Assembly (NCBI RefSeq): GCF_000150275.1
Contig: NW_002060947.1
Span: 1,667,576-1,731,575, forward strand
Reading direction: 5' to 3'
Length of the DNA stretch: 64,000 nt
Source: Trichoplax adhaerens
Lineage: Eukaryota > Animalia > Placozoa
Part shown: positions 40,201 to 53,629 of the stretch, piece after piece
Layout: each line of letters starts with the position of its first letter
Position numbering within the stretch: position 1 is the first letter of the stretch
Program-made: the position numbers and the translations under genes
The notes under the pieces: generated by a model
Databases searched by the model: none
Told to the model about the DNA's origin: nothing
The model's input: the letters and a program-made list of their open reading frames with translations, nothing else

Positions 40201-43200
40201 TGTCAGACGGAACACGGGCAATCATCCAAATTACTCGTCTTTAACTTTTAAACAATCTATAGAACTACAAAATTTTCTCATCAATTGAAATAATAGGACC
40301 AAAAGTGACTGGCAGAAGTGATGTCTCTGAATTAAAACAAAAAATGTGACATAAATTGCAGATCAAAAAGTTAATTTATGTAAAATATGCGCTATATCAT
40401 ACGGGAATAGATAGACCAAGTACTAATTTGGACTAGTGGAATACACCTCGGTCAAATAGTTGCAAAGGAATTGTTAGAATGCATCTAATTTGTCTTTCTA
40501 ATTATAGTCGGTTTGGAAATTTGAACATTGAATACGATATAGTTATGCAGATATAGTAGCTTGGTTTAGAGTCAATAAAAATAGTCGCCAACGAAATTAA
40601 TTTGCCACCCATGATTGAACTTAATATCATCTACGTACTATTAGCTATTTAATTGATTTGTTGACATAGTTTAACAGCATATTTCCTGCTTCACTCCTCG
40701 ATCTTATACTAAAAAATGTTTGAACAACTTTCAAGGCATTTTTTTTGTCCTTAGCTCATATTCATCTCGTATCTTGTTGATAATCCATAAATTTGAGATG
40801 TTATTTCAAAGAAATGGATGCTGTATTTCTTCCTTTATTGAATCAGTGATGCATGAAATCTTTGTAATGATAAACCAATGAATTCTAGTCGTCTAGTTGG
40901 AAGTAAGCAAATTTGTTGTAATCTGATCAACTATTCAGACACATGGCATTTTTGAGGATCACGAATACAAAATGGAGATTGTCCGCTTGGATAATAGAAG
41001 ATAGATTGTAATCATTATATTAAGGTCAATATCCTTTGAAAAATTGTCGACTAGTAAATGAAACAAAAAAATGGAAATGATTCAGAAAATAATAATTATT
41101 TAAACTTCATTCAACATCGACAGATTTCATAGAGTAGGAACGATTATATTAGGCAACGCATTTTCTCTATCACCTTTATTACCATGACTGCAATACTTTG
41201 CACCAATAAAATTGTAATTGAAAGTAATAACACACAATTGTCCTTGATTCACAAAAAAAGGATTGATGAATTTTCTATACTTTTACCTTTTCTATTACTA
41301 TCAACGTTTATCATCTTACGTCAAGTTTGGTTGCATCTATTATCACTATAGATAGTCAATGAGGAATATCTTTTAGGTAATATAGAGTAGAAATTATGCA
41401 GTGATTATAAAAACTCTCAATATTATTATCCCGAATCTAGTTTTAGCGGTATCAAATTTAATTAAGCCACTATGACTGCAAAATGGCCGAAATCTGCAAA
41501 TGTCTTTTCTATCATGACATTTAGAATGCATCCCTTTTCCTCCCTTACTCATTATTATACTATAGGGAAGTATTTTTAATGTCTACTTTTATAGAAACAT
41601 AAATGATGGTAGTAGGGACAATGTCCCTTCTAGCTATACAGAACCGTTAATTAATTAGTAATAATTAAATAGGCAAAGCTGTAAGATCGTTAAAGGAGAG
41701 TTGTGAACGTGATGATAAAAATAATAGTAATGATACACATTAAAGTTCAGCTATAATATGCCTATACCCTTCCGTATATAGCGAGCAATTATTTTAACCG
41801 CGGGTAAAAGTGATTCTATTTTTCCAACTAGTCTGTAAAAAGCTATATTATCCATGAATGTAGTAGAAAATATTCTATAATCATGTTTCTATCTTGGATA
41901 ATTTTGCAATCATTTGTTACATCGTGACCTTCTCATAAATATCGTTCATCCAAGAAATTCTATATTTCGTTACCAACAAAGCCATCTGGTAGTCCTAACT
42001 AGTCTTTGGTGTATTTCTATGACAAGGTTTTAAAAAATTGTTTCATCAGATTCGGTTTCATAATTACTCGTTCTACAGTAATTATTCCACGTTCTTGTCT
42101 AGCGATTTCTCTTATTAGATAGAGCAATTAGTAGATTGTTAATATAAAGAATACTGATGTTGGTATCAAATTGTATTTTACCTATTACTTTTTCATTACA
42201 ATGATTAGCTCACGGACTATATTATTTACCGTATTATAAGCCCGCTAAATGTACCATATTATATAAAAATGCTGATAATTACTTCATTATCTTAAACGAA
42301 ATTTTGAAGAAAAAGTTAATTGTTTACAAAAAGAACAAGATAGTCTTATGAGTAATTCATTCAACAAATGACTATTTGCTAGGTCTAATTTAGAATATTC
42401 AATAGCTATAAACATAAATTATTTCGACACCATATGGCATATTTACTATAGCACTGACTTCTAGTAAGTAATTTTTAATGCGAATATTTTACTTGGAGTA
42501 AGATTTCAAAAGATCATGACATAGATTTTCATTAATTCATAACTTTTACCAATATTCATATTTAATCATATAAACTCAAGTAGGGGTTTTTTCCATCTTT
42601 AACGAAATACCGGATAACTTTTCCCTAAAATGAGGTGTATCATCAACTGTGCGGTAGTAAACTTCATCACTACAATAGTAATTATATAGTAGTTTAAAGG
42701 AGATGAAATGCTATCAAATCCTCTTCATATCGAGTTGCTTCAAGTTAATATTGGAATAGAATATAAAAAAATAATCTTCTTGGTAATTTACGGTACCACT
42801 TTAAAATAGTGCTTATGTAGGATTAGTAGAGCAAAGTTACTTAAACATCCTGTCTTAAAATCTACACTCATTGACTGCATTTTAAAATATTAAGTAAGTA
42901 TACTCTATGTATTTAATACGAACCTTGCAAAGGATAATATTAATGAATACGCATCAAATAATATTAACCTACAGCACCTATATATACATATACGTAAATT
43001 AAGACAATACCATATTTATTGTTGGCATCGGCGATTATTTCTATTACTGTTTTTGCCCGAATATGAGATGAATATTTTAAGGTTGTAACAGTAAAATAAT
43101 TAAAAAGTTTATTCAGTCAGTCGAACGTTGATGCTAAGTTTGTTTTTCCTTTATTAAGATAAATGTTCAACTACTATTTTAACATGAATAGATGTTGAAC

Positions 43201-46200
43201 AATTCAACTAAGGTACTGTAGTAGACCTGATCATCTATGATGACATTTTCTACAGTCTCTTAGGGATTAAATCTATTACGTTATCTTAAAATTCTAAGAC
43301 CAAATAAATGTAGCAAATACGCCATCTATGTTCGAGTGCATTTATCATGTCATCAACTAGAACTTATATAAAGTTGGCGATATCGTTTCTAACTTACCAC
43401 AAATGGCATATTTTAATTTATTGACTGCATAACTAGATAAGTTTCCCACCAAGTGTAGTATATATAGGGCAATCAAGTAACGATTGCCACTATATTCAAA
43501 ATTTATCATTGCGACATAACGAAAATTTGTATTCAATTACTATTTTACATATAACTATATTCCGGGCTTATTGCAATATGGCAATATTCAATTTTCAAAC
43601 CAAAGTACAGACTGTAAAACTCATCGGAAGGGAAGCTAAATGCAGATAAAATTTTAAGTTTAGATACATTTGAAGCTTAAATTTGTTTAAAGTTTAATAC
43701 ATGTCGAAGTCTTCATTGTGCTGCATGTGAACTACTATTTAGTATGCTAGTAATTATTTAAAGCTTTATTGAGGAAAGTAACGGAGCGATAATACATGCA
43801 CTTATGTAACGGTATCCTAGAGGCTTATAAATGTCCATTAAAAATTTCCAGTAACTGTTTTAACGTTAATTTTAACGCGTTATTAGAGTTTACATCGTCA
43901 GCATATTTTTTTGAAAATCATTTCATCAAAGTCATACAATCTTTCCTGTTCTAATTTATTGATACGTTCGAGGCTTATTGCAAAAATGAATCAATTCTAG
44001 GAGTAAATATTTCCTGAAATTCATGCTGAGTACCTTTTAATGGGAAGTCACGATACTGATTGGAGCGATGTAGTATACAAAAGCATTTTATGCCGGTTTC
44101 TTCGCAGTTTTTATTTCATATTTCATCGCTGTGTTAATTTGGCGTTACAGCGAAGAAGGGATAAAATACAGCTTTCAATAATTTCTGGAAAGCACTGAAA
44201 TACTGTATTGGATAATTCAAATGCTAATTTGCGATAATACTTTACATTGGTTACTTACAGCAAGAATTGATTACACCACACTCTGGAACAGATATAATTG
44301 GAGGAATGATACGTGACATAAAACCATGGTATTTTGAAATATGCAGTAGATAGGCATACATATAAATATGCAAATGTGAATCATTTTAATATGATCTATG
44401 AAAAATTTGAAAAGCCATACCATTTGTTAAAGTATAAGGGACCTATATCCTATCGTACAGTGCACTCCTAAAATAACGTTCATAGTAAGTCCAAATGATA
44501 TTGAGATATACTTTCGTTCTATTCGTGCATGTACGGGTAAAATACCGTATAGGCAGGTAATTGAATAACAGTTATAGCAAAATTTATAGAACTTATTTAT
44601 TAGAGACTATTCTATGCATAGTATACAGCATAGAGTATACTGTACAATGTACATGAATGTTAATTGAGATTATTTCAGACAATTAAGCCAGAAATCGTAA
44701 TGCTGACCAGTTAAGTACTGTAAATCTATGTAATCTATTTCGAAGTACTCGAATATTAGTGTTATTCAATCGACATTTTATATGTATTAGGCCTTATTGT
44801 GGTATCCCTTAATGTCGTTCTCATCGAATATCATTGCCGTATATGCCTACACACGAAGCTAAAGCTTCGCGGATAGTACATGCTGTATTGTCTACTATCT
44901 GTGTCTTCATGCGGTATATATGGTTTCAATAATTAGGATTAGAATTAATCAATGAAGGAAAAGTGATAGCTATATCTGGTTGCGAACATGTCATAATAAG
45001 TATTGAGTAGGTAGGGATTGGGTTTATGTACGCAATGCCACCTCATGTATGGAGTTGCTGATTGTCTGGGGAACAAAATTCCTGTTAAAATTATACGTCT
45101 AAGTGAGCCGCTTTTACTATAAAAACAATATTTTTACTATTGTATATCAATTTCTTACTACTATTATTGTTGGCAATATCTGCTGTTAGGCACAAGTCGT
45201 GATGAAATTAATAACGAATATTAAGTGTATTATATATTTAGTGTTTTTAACATGTATTGCAGTGTCGTTGATTTGACAAGTCTGGTAAAATAACCACTCG
45301 TATTACCGAACGATCATAATCATGATCCGTTCTTCTATAACATAAGCATAGCAATATACTGATCAAGATCTTGACTCTACTTAAGCCTCTTCAATACTCT
45401 CAACTATGTACTGACGATCATTTTAAAACAAGGTCCACTTTGATATTGGAGTTTCTATTGAGGAAATAATCTGTGCGAACTTATAAATACCCTTTCGTCT
45501 AAACGATCACCTTGTACACTATGGTCTACGATATTACTGTCAACAATACAGTACCATAATCCATGAACGATGTATGTGTCAGAAATGTATATCACAATAC
45601 TCTATCTATCTCGAAATATGTCTATAAATTTGCATTGTCCTTAAAACGGCGTAGATATACAGTATGGGTTAAGTTGACAATGATGATTAATTTACTTAGT
45701 TGTAGTAGCTTTTGGCCCATAGGTTGACAACTTTTAGGCGGTGCTATACATATGGCACAGAGCAGTCCTACGTCAGTATTAGTAAGGAGCCATTGATTAC
45801 TAAAAATGTCCTCGTCTTGTGCAATTTCATCGATTCAAAGAGCTATTCGCGGTTACCCTACTTGGAATTCACTTTATTACAATTTTAATATTGGAAACGC
45901 AGTATTCCCGCTCTGTACTGTAAATTTATTCATTTGTAATACACAAATCAACTTGGAATATGCATAACTTCTTTGAGTTCTCGTTTAATTAACTTGGGTA
46001 ATCAAACTACAAATTGGGCGGGTTAAAAATGACTCTTATTTATCTGATCCTATGCGGTACTGTAAGTTAGCGTACTGTTCAAACATGCAAGCATTGATAT
46101 TACTTTGTTGTCATTTACTATCAACGATTAATAGTACTATACTCACAAGAGCATATGATCTTTGACCGTGAACCGTAATGCCCTTATGTATCACAACTAG

Positions 46201-48669
46201 ATTACCACCTTCCTCCTTGACAAAATTGACATAATTCTACGTAGGAGGTAGAAGAGCTAGCTAATATTTATATTACTATATATATATGATATTTCATTTT
46301 AATAATTCTATGTAATGGAAGCGTATTATGAATAATATGCTAGGTTTTTTTGCTTTACTGATAACACTTACTGCATTGGAGAACTGTAATTAATTGTAGA
46401 AAGAATCGGCAACGAAATGGTGCTGTACAAAGAAATGCTATTGTAGTATGTAACGCATATTTCTAGTAGTCTATCGTACAAATCCAACTTTTTACACTTG
46501 AAGGATAATTAGACTCGATAAATACTCAGTGGTTAATAGTGAAATTCAAGTGGTATTTTGGCATTGAAGACAGCCTGTCGCCTGGTACTACGGTACAATG
46601 AAAATATACTTCATCAATTAGTATTTCGAGGGATCTTTACAATGATGCTATTATTTCATTTTCGTTCACTATGCTGCATTATCACTGGGTAATGCGATAC
46701 ATGCATAGTTCTGATGCGCACTGTACGTTCGATGTTGAGATATTTGTAATAGTAGAATTTTGATATCCGATTTTATTTTCATGGGTAAAAATAGCAGATT
46801 GAGATAAGCAAACTTTTACTTTGCCTTCAATATCATCAACGAAGGGCAATTTCGAGCGTACAGTATATGTGGTTTTACCACATTCATAGTTTGCAATGCC
46901 CATTTCCGTACAGTTAAAGCAGTATCCATGAGCGCCTCAATTGCCTATCGACCGTATCTCCCCTATCGTAGTATTCAACATTGGATATTGGATTGGATTT
47001 GTCATCTTGTTAGCGACATACGACTCGTATGCTATTTTAATTTAGAATGTTGCTGTAGAGCAAACAAATGAATGAATGAAGCCTTTGCTGTTTGAATGAT
47101 GACAGCAACTCCCCAGCTCACAATCTGTTTTGGTAGTGCATGAATCGTCCCTTGAATTTTTTATTACGGCCATCAGAAGTTTATTTTTCATCAAGACAGC
47201 TGCCAAGGGCCGCGACAAGATGATTGAAAAAGAAGAAGCTAGTGAGGCATTTTGTTACTAGTAAGTTTGATATCACTCTTCTCTCTTTGGTACTTCAACT
47301 GCTGTACGTATTGTACCGTGCGAGCCTACATTGTCTACAATACTGTACGCTGTCCGTATCCAAGGCGTCCATCAATCTTTCTTTCATCGACATTGCCTTC
47401 CCCGTACTGTACTGTTACAGTATTTTCAAAGTTATTGTGTTGGAATATGACAAGCGATGTGGCTTGTCGTTAGCCTAAAATAAACTTGATCTCTATTTCA
47501 AGCAAATACAGTATAGCATCGGACATCGGAAATTCAGTAATGTGCGATTGGTTGATCATTAGCATTGGTAACCCCAAATTGGCAACATTGTTTAAATTAT
47601 GTTTTCTTTCAATACAGTACAGTGGCAAGAAGGGATACTCGTGTACGCCAAGACGAGTCCACTTGATTTAACCATGGCGTTGACTGTTTTTGTTGGTTAT
47701 GTTTGTAGTCAGAATTGCAGGTGTCATTTTAAATTTGATGTGATTTGTTATTCATATTCTGATTGAAGTTGGCGTAATACATACGGACACGCTTTTGGTC
47801 CAATCTTAGAGTAACTCGACGCGGTAGTGACCATCATACATACTGCTGTGATGGACGCTCAATGTAAACATGACAATATAGTACCACGGACTTGAGAAAG
47901 TAGTACAGGTACTAGACAATCATCCACTGGTAGTCACGATGGGACCGTAAGAAGTTGGCAAACTACGAACTTTGATACGGTGACACACAGTAGGGAATAG
48001 TCGGCATAAACTACAGTATGTACAATGTTCTGACATGGAAGTGATGAGGAAATGACTAGGATCGTAAAGTGCTACATTGGACCCTCTGCTTGAGCTTCCA
48101 CTCGAACTTGATCATGCATGCCCAGTAGTGTACGTACGCCTGTGAATGTTGACGATTCGTACTGTACTGTACTGTCATTTAAAAGAAGTGGAATTGCGAT
48201 GAAAATTATCAAAAGGACATCTCTGAAGTATTGGCCAAGTAAACGTTGCCGTAACTAGGCATTTTATGATTGGATTGAAGAAATTCTACTGTACTGTAGT
48301 GTATTGTAGTGTGCTGTATTACTGTACGTCCAGTACTGTCCAATTGCAGCAGGCTACATACTGATGCTGTCGTGGATTTCGCTACGATACGCGCAAAAAA
48401 AGTTGAAAGCCAATCGCGACTCAAATACTGTACAGTTCTGTACAATAGTTGATACTGTAGTTTATAGAGTGGACAGTGGTTTGCATTTGGGCTGCACCCG
48501 CAGATGCAATTATTAGTGGTTTCACACTGGCACGGCAGTCAAATCGAACATTTTAAAATACACACTGTACCATAGAGGGCAACAATAGAGTAAGTCTTTG
48601 GTGAATAAGAGCATAAGTACTTCATCGAATAGGGTGGGAGTTCTATTGTCTTGACGCTAAATACAATCC

Positions 48670-48722
48670 TAGTCCAATACCATTGGTCAATTTATCTATT
48701 ATACCGTCACATTTGACCAATA
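48670..48722 (+). promoter_or_regulatory. Candidate FoxO proximal promoter with clustered CCAAT boxes
   Basis: ccaat (~48674), attgg (~48682) and ccaat (~48717) lie ~350 bp upstream of the FoxO ATG. The last two form an attggtcaa...ttgaccaat inverted pair. Confidence 0.35.
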
Positions 48723-49053
48723 AGAAACACGGACAAGTTTTCCTGCCTGCCAGTGCGCAGTAGCATAAATCTGTCGATCAATCAAAAAAAAATTCGTTTT
48801 CGCGTTTTTTGTTGTATGCTGGACAGGCTGTACTAGGGTCGTTAGCAATTTTTTGAGGAGGTTAAAACGACTGTGTGTGTGTATGTGTTTACATCAAAGA
48901 AGGTGGCTCAACACAGTTTCTGACAAAGGAATCGTTGTACGTGTTGAATTTAGGCCAGCTTATATTTTCTCAAGTAATTCCATCGATCGCTACGTTTAAC
49001 TTGTGTGTGAGAGTGGTAAAAAGAATCCCATTGAACGCCAACAAGAAGGAAAA

Positions 49054-52000
49054 ATGGATAACTCTAGCGATTTAGGGCCACAGCGAGCCCGATGCATGAC
49101 ATGGCCACTCCCACGACCGGACTTCGATGAAGATGCCACGAAGTCTGAAGAGCAGGAACAAGTTCAACGCGAGCAGGAAGGTAGCTCACGTAAAAGTTCA
49201 AGCCGGCGTAACGCATGGGGTAACTTCTCTTATGCGGATTTAATTACCAAAGCAATACAATCATCGCCGGAACAGCGTTTAACTTTATCTCAAATATACG
49301 AATGGATGGTTAATAATGTAGCCTACTTTAAAGATAAAGGTGAAAGCAACTCATCGGCTGGATGGAAGGTTAGTCAGCCATGATTGCGGCCTTTTGTTCT
49401 ACATTCATGTTTTATACGTACACTACCGTGCGCCTGATTATATTGTTCGCACAATGTGTTGTATTACCTATGACGGGTACTACGGATCGATCTGGTACTC
49501 TACTACAATTGATGAAGTTGTAAATTAAGCTTGGAGTCAGTTTTCGTATTCAAAAAAGGCACTGAATGCTATTGGTACTTTATACACCATTGCCTTCTTC
49601 ATAGTCCATCAGAAAATGAATTTGATATATCTTGTTAAAATTAGCCCAATTCTCCACTGATCAAGATAAGTTGATTGATCGATGTGGAACAGTTGGACTA
49701 TCTTTTTCTACTTCGTTATGATACAGTACAGCAGTATGGGGGACTACAAGCAGTTGTCATTCTATTTCTTGGCAGGGTGCGATGTACTTCACTTTTTTAG
49801 TGTTGTTAACTCGTTTCAAAGTACACTCTTCATGTATTTCTTATTGATATTACAAAATATTTCTGAGTAATAGTGGAAGAAATGGAGTGATAGAAAAACT
49901 TTTCCAGTTATTGCACTATAGCCTATTTGAAACTCCGCTAACGACGGACGTCGATATATTGTTTGGCGTACAGTAAAGTCCAGTTTAGTCGATGTGGCGA
50001 TCATTTTGGTTATACTTTTGACGAACGTTATTTTCATTTGAACGAGGCTTCAAATTACTTGATGATACCATATAAAGTATGTGCTACTGTTTGGGTAGTG
50101 TGCAATTCGCTAGTATAATTCTACATTTGCCTACTACAGTAATGTCGAGAACACCTCTATTCGACGCTACTCTACTATAGTGGATGTCGATACTTTACAG
50201 TACCCTAGATGCTGATACGCTTTGTACTGTACTATCCAACGTACAATAATATGACGCCAAAAAAAATGGAGTGAAGAAAAAAAGGCAGCTTTGAAAGTAG
50301 ACTACAACTAACGACTATTTTCCCTAAAATCACTCTATGACAACCAATGAATCTCTATTTTATTGTAATATACTTTATTATACTCCTATTATTGGTAATA
50401 TATTTTTTCCGATAGCATTAGATTCACTTTAGTGCTATCTTCCACTTGATTTAGATATTATTTCAATCAGCGTTTTCATCCACTTTACAGTATGCAACAT
50501 TACACTGTAGACTACAATAGTACAGTTGTGTAGGGGGAAAATGGACCAATTTCCAATTTGGATGGAAGACTGTTATGATACGAGTTTATATTAATTGAGA
50601 TGTTGTACTAGTTAAATTGTTAACGTGTTTCGCTGGATAGATTTGCAGCCTACATAAAAAACGGCAGATGTCTTGAGCTTTCTTTTGCCAAACATAGCCT
50701 GAGTACAGTACATTACAATGCAGTATACTGTATCATTTTTTTTCAACTGTATGGTTGCCTTACTAGATTCTTCTTTGTTCCTTACTGTATTCTAAATGAC
50801 AATAACCTGAGCAAACGTCAGGCGAACTTTCTTTCTTTTTTAATTTTCTCTCCCTTGTACGCTATCTATTGCGACCAATCTCTGGCTATAGAGCATAGAA
50901 TGTCATGTTTTGTTATTTTTTATTGTCCTCTTATTCGCCCTTTGATCGTGGCTATCTTATACTGAGTCATAGAACAGTTATGCCGTAACGAAAGTTCCGA
51001 CTCTTTTTTTATCCTTGTGGCTATGATGTCCGCTTGATTTCTTGTTCTTGTTCTTCCTTATTGTCTTAACACCTTGAAATGTATTTTCCATTTTTTCTTT
51101 TTTTTTAATTGCAAAATATCTAAAAAATTCCAATGAAATAACTCTCCCCCTTGTATCAAATTGCCTTTCTATTTGTAGAATTCCATCCGTCATAACTTAT
51201 CTCTTCATAGTCGTTTTGTACGTGTCCAAAATGAAGGGACTGGTAAAAGTTCTTGGTGGACATTAAATACCGATGCTAAGCCTGGTAAAGCAACACGAAG
51301 AAGAGCTGGTAGTATCGATGGCGTTGCACGACGTCGTGGTAGAATGAAGAAAAGTTTAAAACCTATTAGTGACACTACAGACGAAGGAAGCGAATTAGGA
51401 ACACCAGGCCTTGCCTCGCCCGGTGTCAAAACTCAACCACAAATTTGGGCACGTCGAGATTCTGATTATATACGTGGTGATCGTACACCAGATTCCAATG
51501 AGTGCGAATCACCAGTACGTTCTCGTACTGCAAGTAATGCTTCATCTTGTGGTCGGCCATCACCAATTATACCAAGTGACTTAGAAAGTATCCCGACTAT
51601 ACCGTCCATGTTTCAGGAATACGCCCATAATGAATACCTACCTCGTAATAATAGTAGCGGCAATAATAACGAGTTGGTTGACAATTTCGATTCAATGATT
51701 ATACGATCACCTTATAGCACTGATGGGTCATTTTCCTCGATGATGGAAAATGGTATTCCAAGCGGTGGCACTTCATTACGTACGCATCACAATCCAGGAT
51801 ATTCTGTACCACCGAATCAGCAAATAGGTGGTTTACGTTCACCTCGTGATATCCATTCAATTTCTAGTGGTGGTTATAACAATAATCAACAACAATTTAA
51901 TCTTCAACAAAAAACGATGCTGATGCAATCGCATCAGCCTCCGAACTCTCATACAGCTCAACATCAACCGCATATTTTTGATCATTTGGAACATCATCCA

Positions 52001-52639
52001 TCTCAGCAACAACATCAATTTCAACATCATGATGCATACCCGCACCAAGGAGCCCATAATCAACCTGGTCATATGGGGATGACACATGAATCAACTGAAT
52101 TATTCAGTATGTTACCTTCAATGAATAATAATGTAAGAGACGACTTTTGTAATGATGGTACATCGATGTTACAAGATTATAATACTATGGGACCAAATAA
52201 TTATTCATACAACAATCCTGCTGCACAACAAGCAGATTTATTTTCCACACAATCGTATCAAGGCCAAGGACATGATATCAATGAAATGGAACAAATGCCC
52301 ATGATAGCAAATAGGCATCAACAACAGAATTTAAACCAAGTCAATATGACGAATTTACATCAACCAATGATGCATTCTAATATGGCACAACAACATCAGC
52401 CACAACATAGGCAGCATCAGCAACATCATGGTATTAATCAGTTTGATGCATTAAACGACAAATTACCTAATGATGAAGAAGAATTTGATTTGTTTCATCA
52501 TAACATAGAATATGATAATATGCCTAATGAATTAATGCATGATAGTGGTGTTTTACTTGATACACCAAATAATCCCTTACTACCGGTGTCATCGATGCAA
52601 AGTGTATCAAGTAGACCAGTAACAACAACACAGCAATAA
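49054..52639 (+). CDS. FOXO: Forkhead box O transcription factor. Exons 49054-49368 and 51179-52639
   Basis: Forkhead domain [36 protein letters not shown]...[10 protein letters not shown]|[27 protein letters not shown], with the FoxO insertion and the conserved intron position. Three Akt motifs are present: RARCMT, RRRAGS and RSRTAS. Confidence 0.97.
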
Positions 52640-53607
52640 GGAAAATTTTGTGCTAACGTCTTATATCTGACTTAAAATTACCTTATGACAAGAACATGAT
52701 TTGTGGATTTGATTTTAAGAACATTATTAGGGTTAAATTCTTATTTAGCCTTCGATATAGGTACAGCTTTCCATTTTGAGCCCTCGTCAGATCTAGATTT
52801 TGATCTATTTTCTACAGTGCAAGATGTAGTACTTATAGATTGTGTGCGATTAAGAATCACATTGTACAGGAGACAATTTTAGTAATGATAACAGGAGCTA
52901 AAGATGCCATCCTATGACGAAGAATGTAAAGACGTAACTAAATGTCCAGTTAGCTGTAAAAAGTATTTGATTATTGATATTTCCTTTCCGACGGCCATTT
53001 AATGATAATACTATAAAGTAGTCGCTGAGAAAATAAATTTTTGTTTTTGTAATAACACTACATTACATTATTAAACACTTGAGATGAATAGTTTACTAGT
53101 GCACTAGACAGTATGTTTCGTATGCTTTTATTATCGATATATCTAATAGTTCGCTAAAGCAGAAATTGACGAGTGTGCCCTTGATTTAATTTCAGAAATT
53201 ACAATTTCACTCAATGATTACGCCTATTTCCAATACTGCTTACATTATTAACCGTTGTGGTATTATAATGTACACGATGACTTCTATTATATACTATGTA
53301 AGTGTACTTTACCAGGATAAAATGTGGTAATGTACATGACTGCGGTAGATGATAATTTATTATCATCTTATTGTATTATTACAATTACAATATTATTACA
53401 AGTCCTACAATGATTTAATATAACGTATCTTTAACTTTAATGGAATATTTTACTGTAAATAGGTAATACTATACTGTACGTATTCGCTATTGCCAAAATT
53501 TTTTGTTTTGGTTGTTTTTTGAGTAATACTGGCATGGCGACAGCTATGTGTATTATAAATACGTATATATACATTTCCATGTATATGAAGATATATATTG
53601 ATATCTC

Positions 53608-53629
53608 ATATATATATATATATATATAT
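53608..53629. repeat. (AT)n microsatellite downstream of FoxO
   Basis: About 11 AT units, seen directly. Confidence 0.85.

Noticed and set aside
49003-49053. N-terminal extension of FoxO from a non-ATG start
   Set aside because: An artefact of alternative start codons in the ORF track. The ATG at 49054 directly precedes the conserved first Akt motif.
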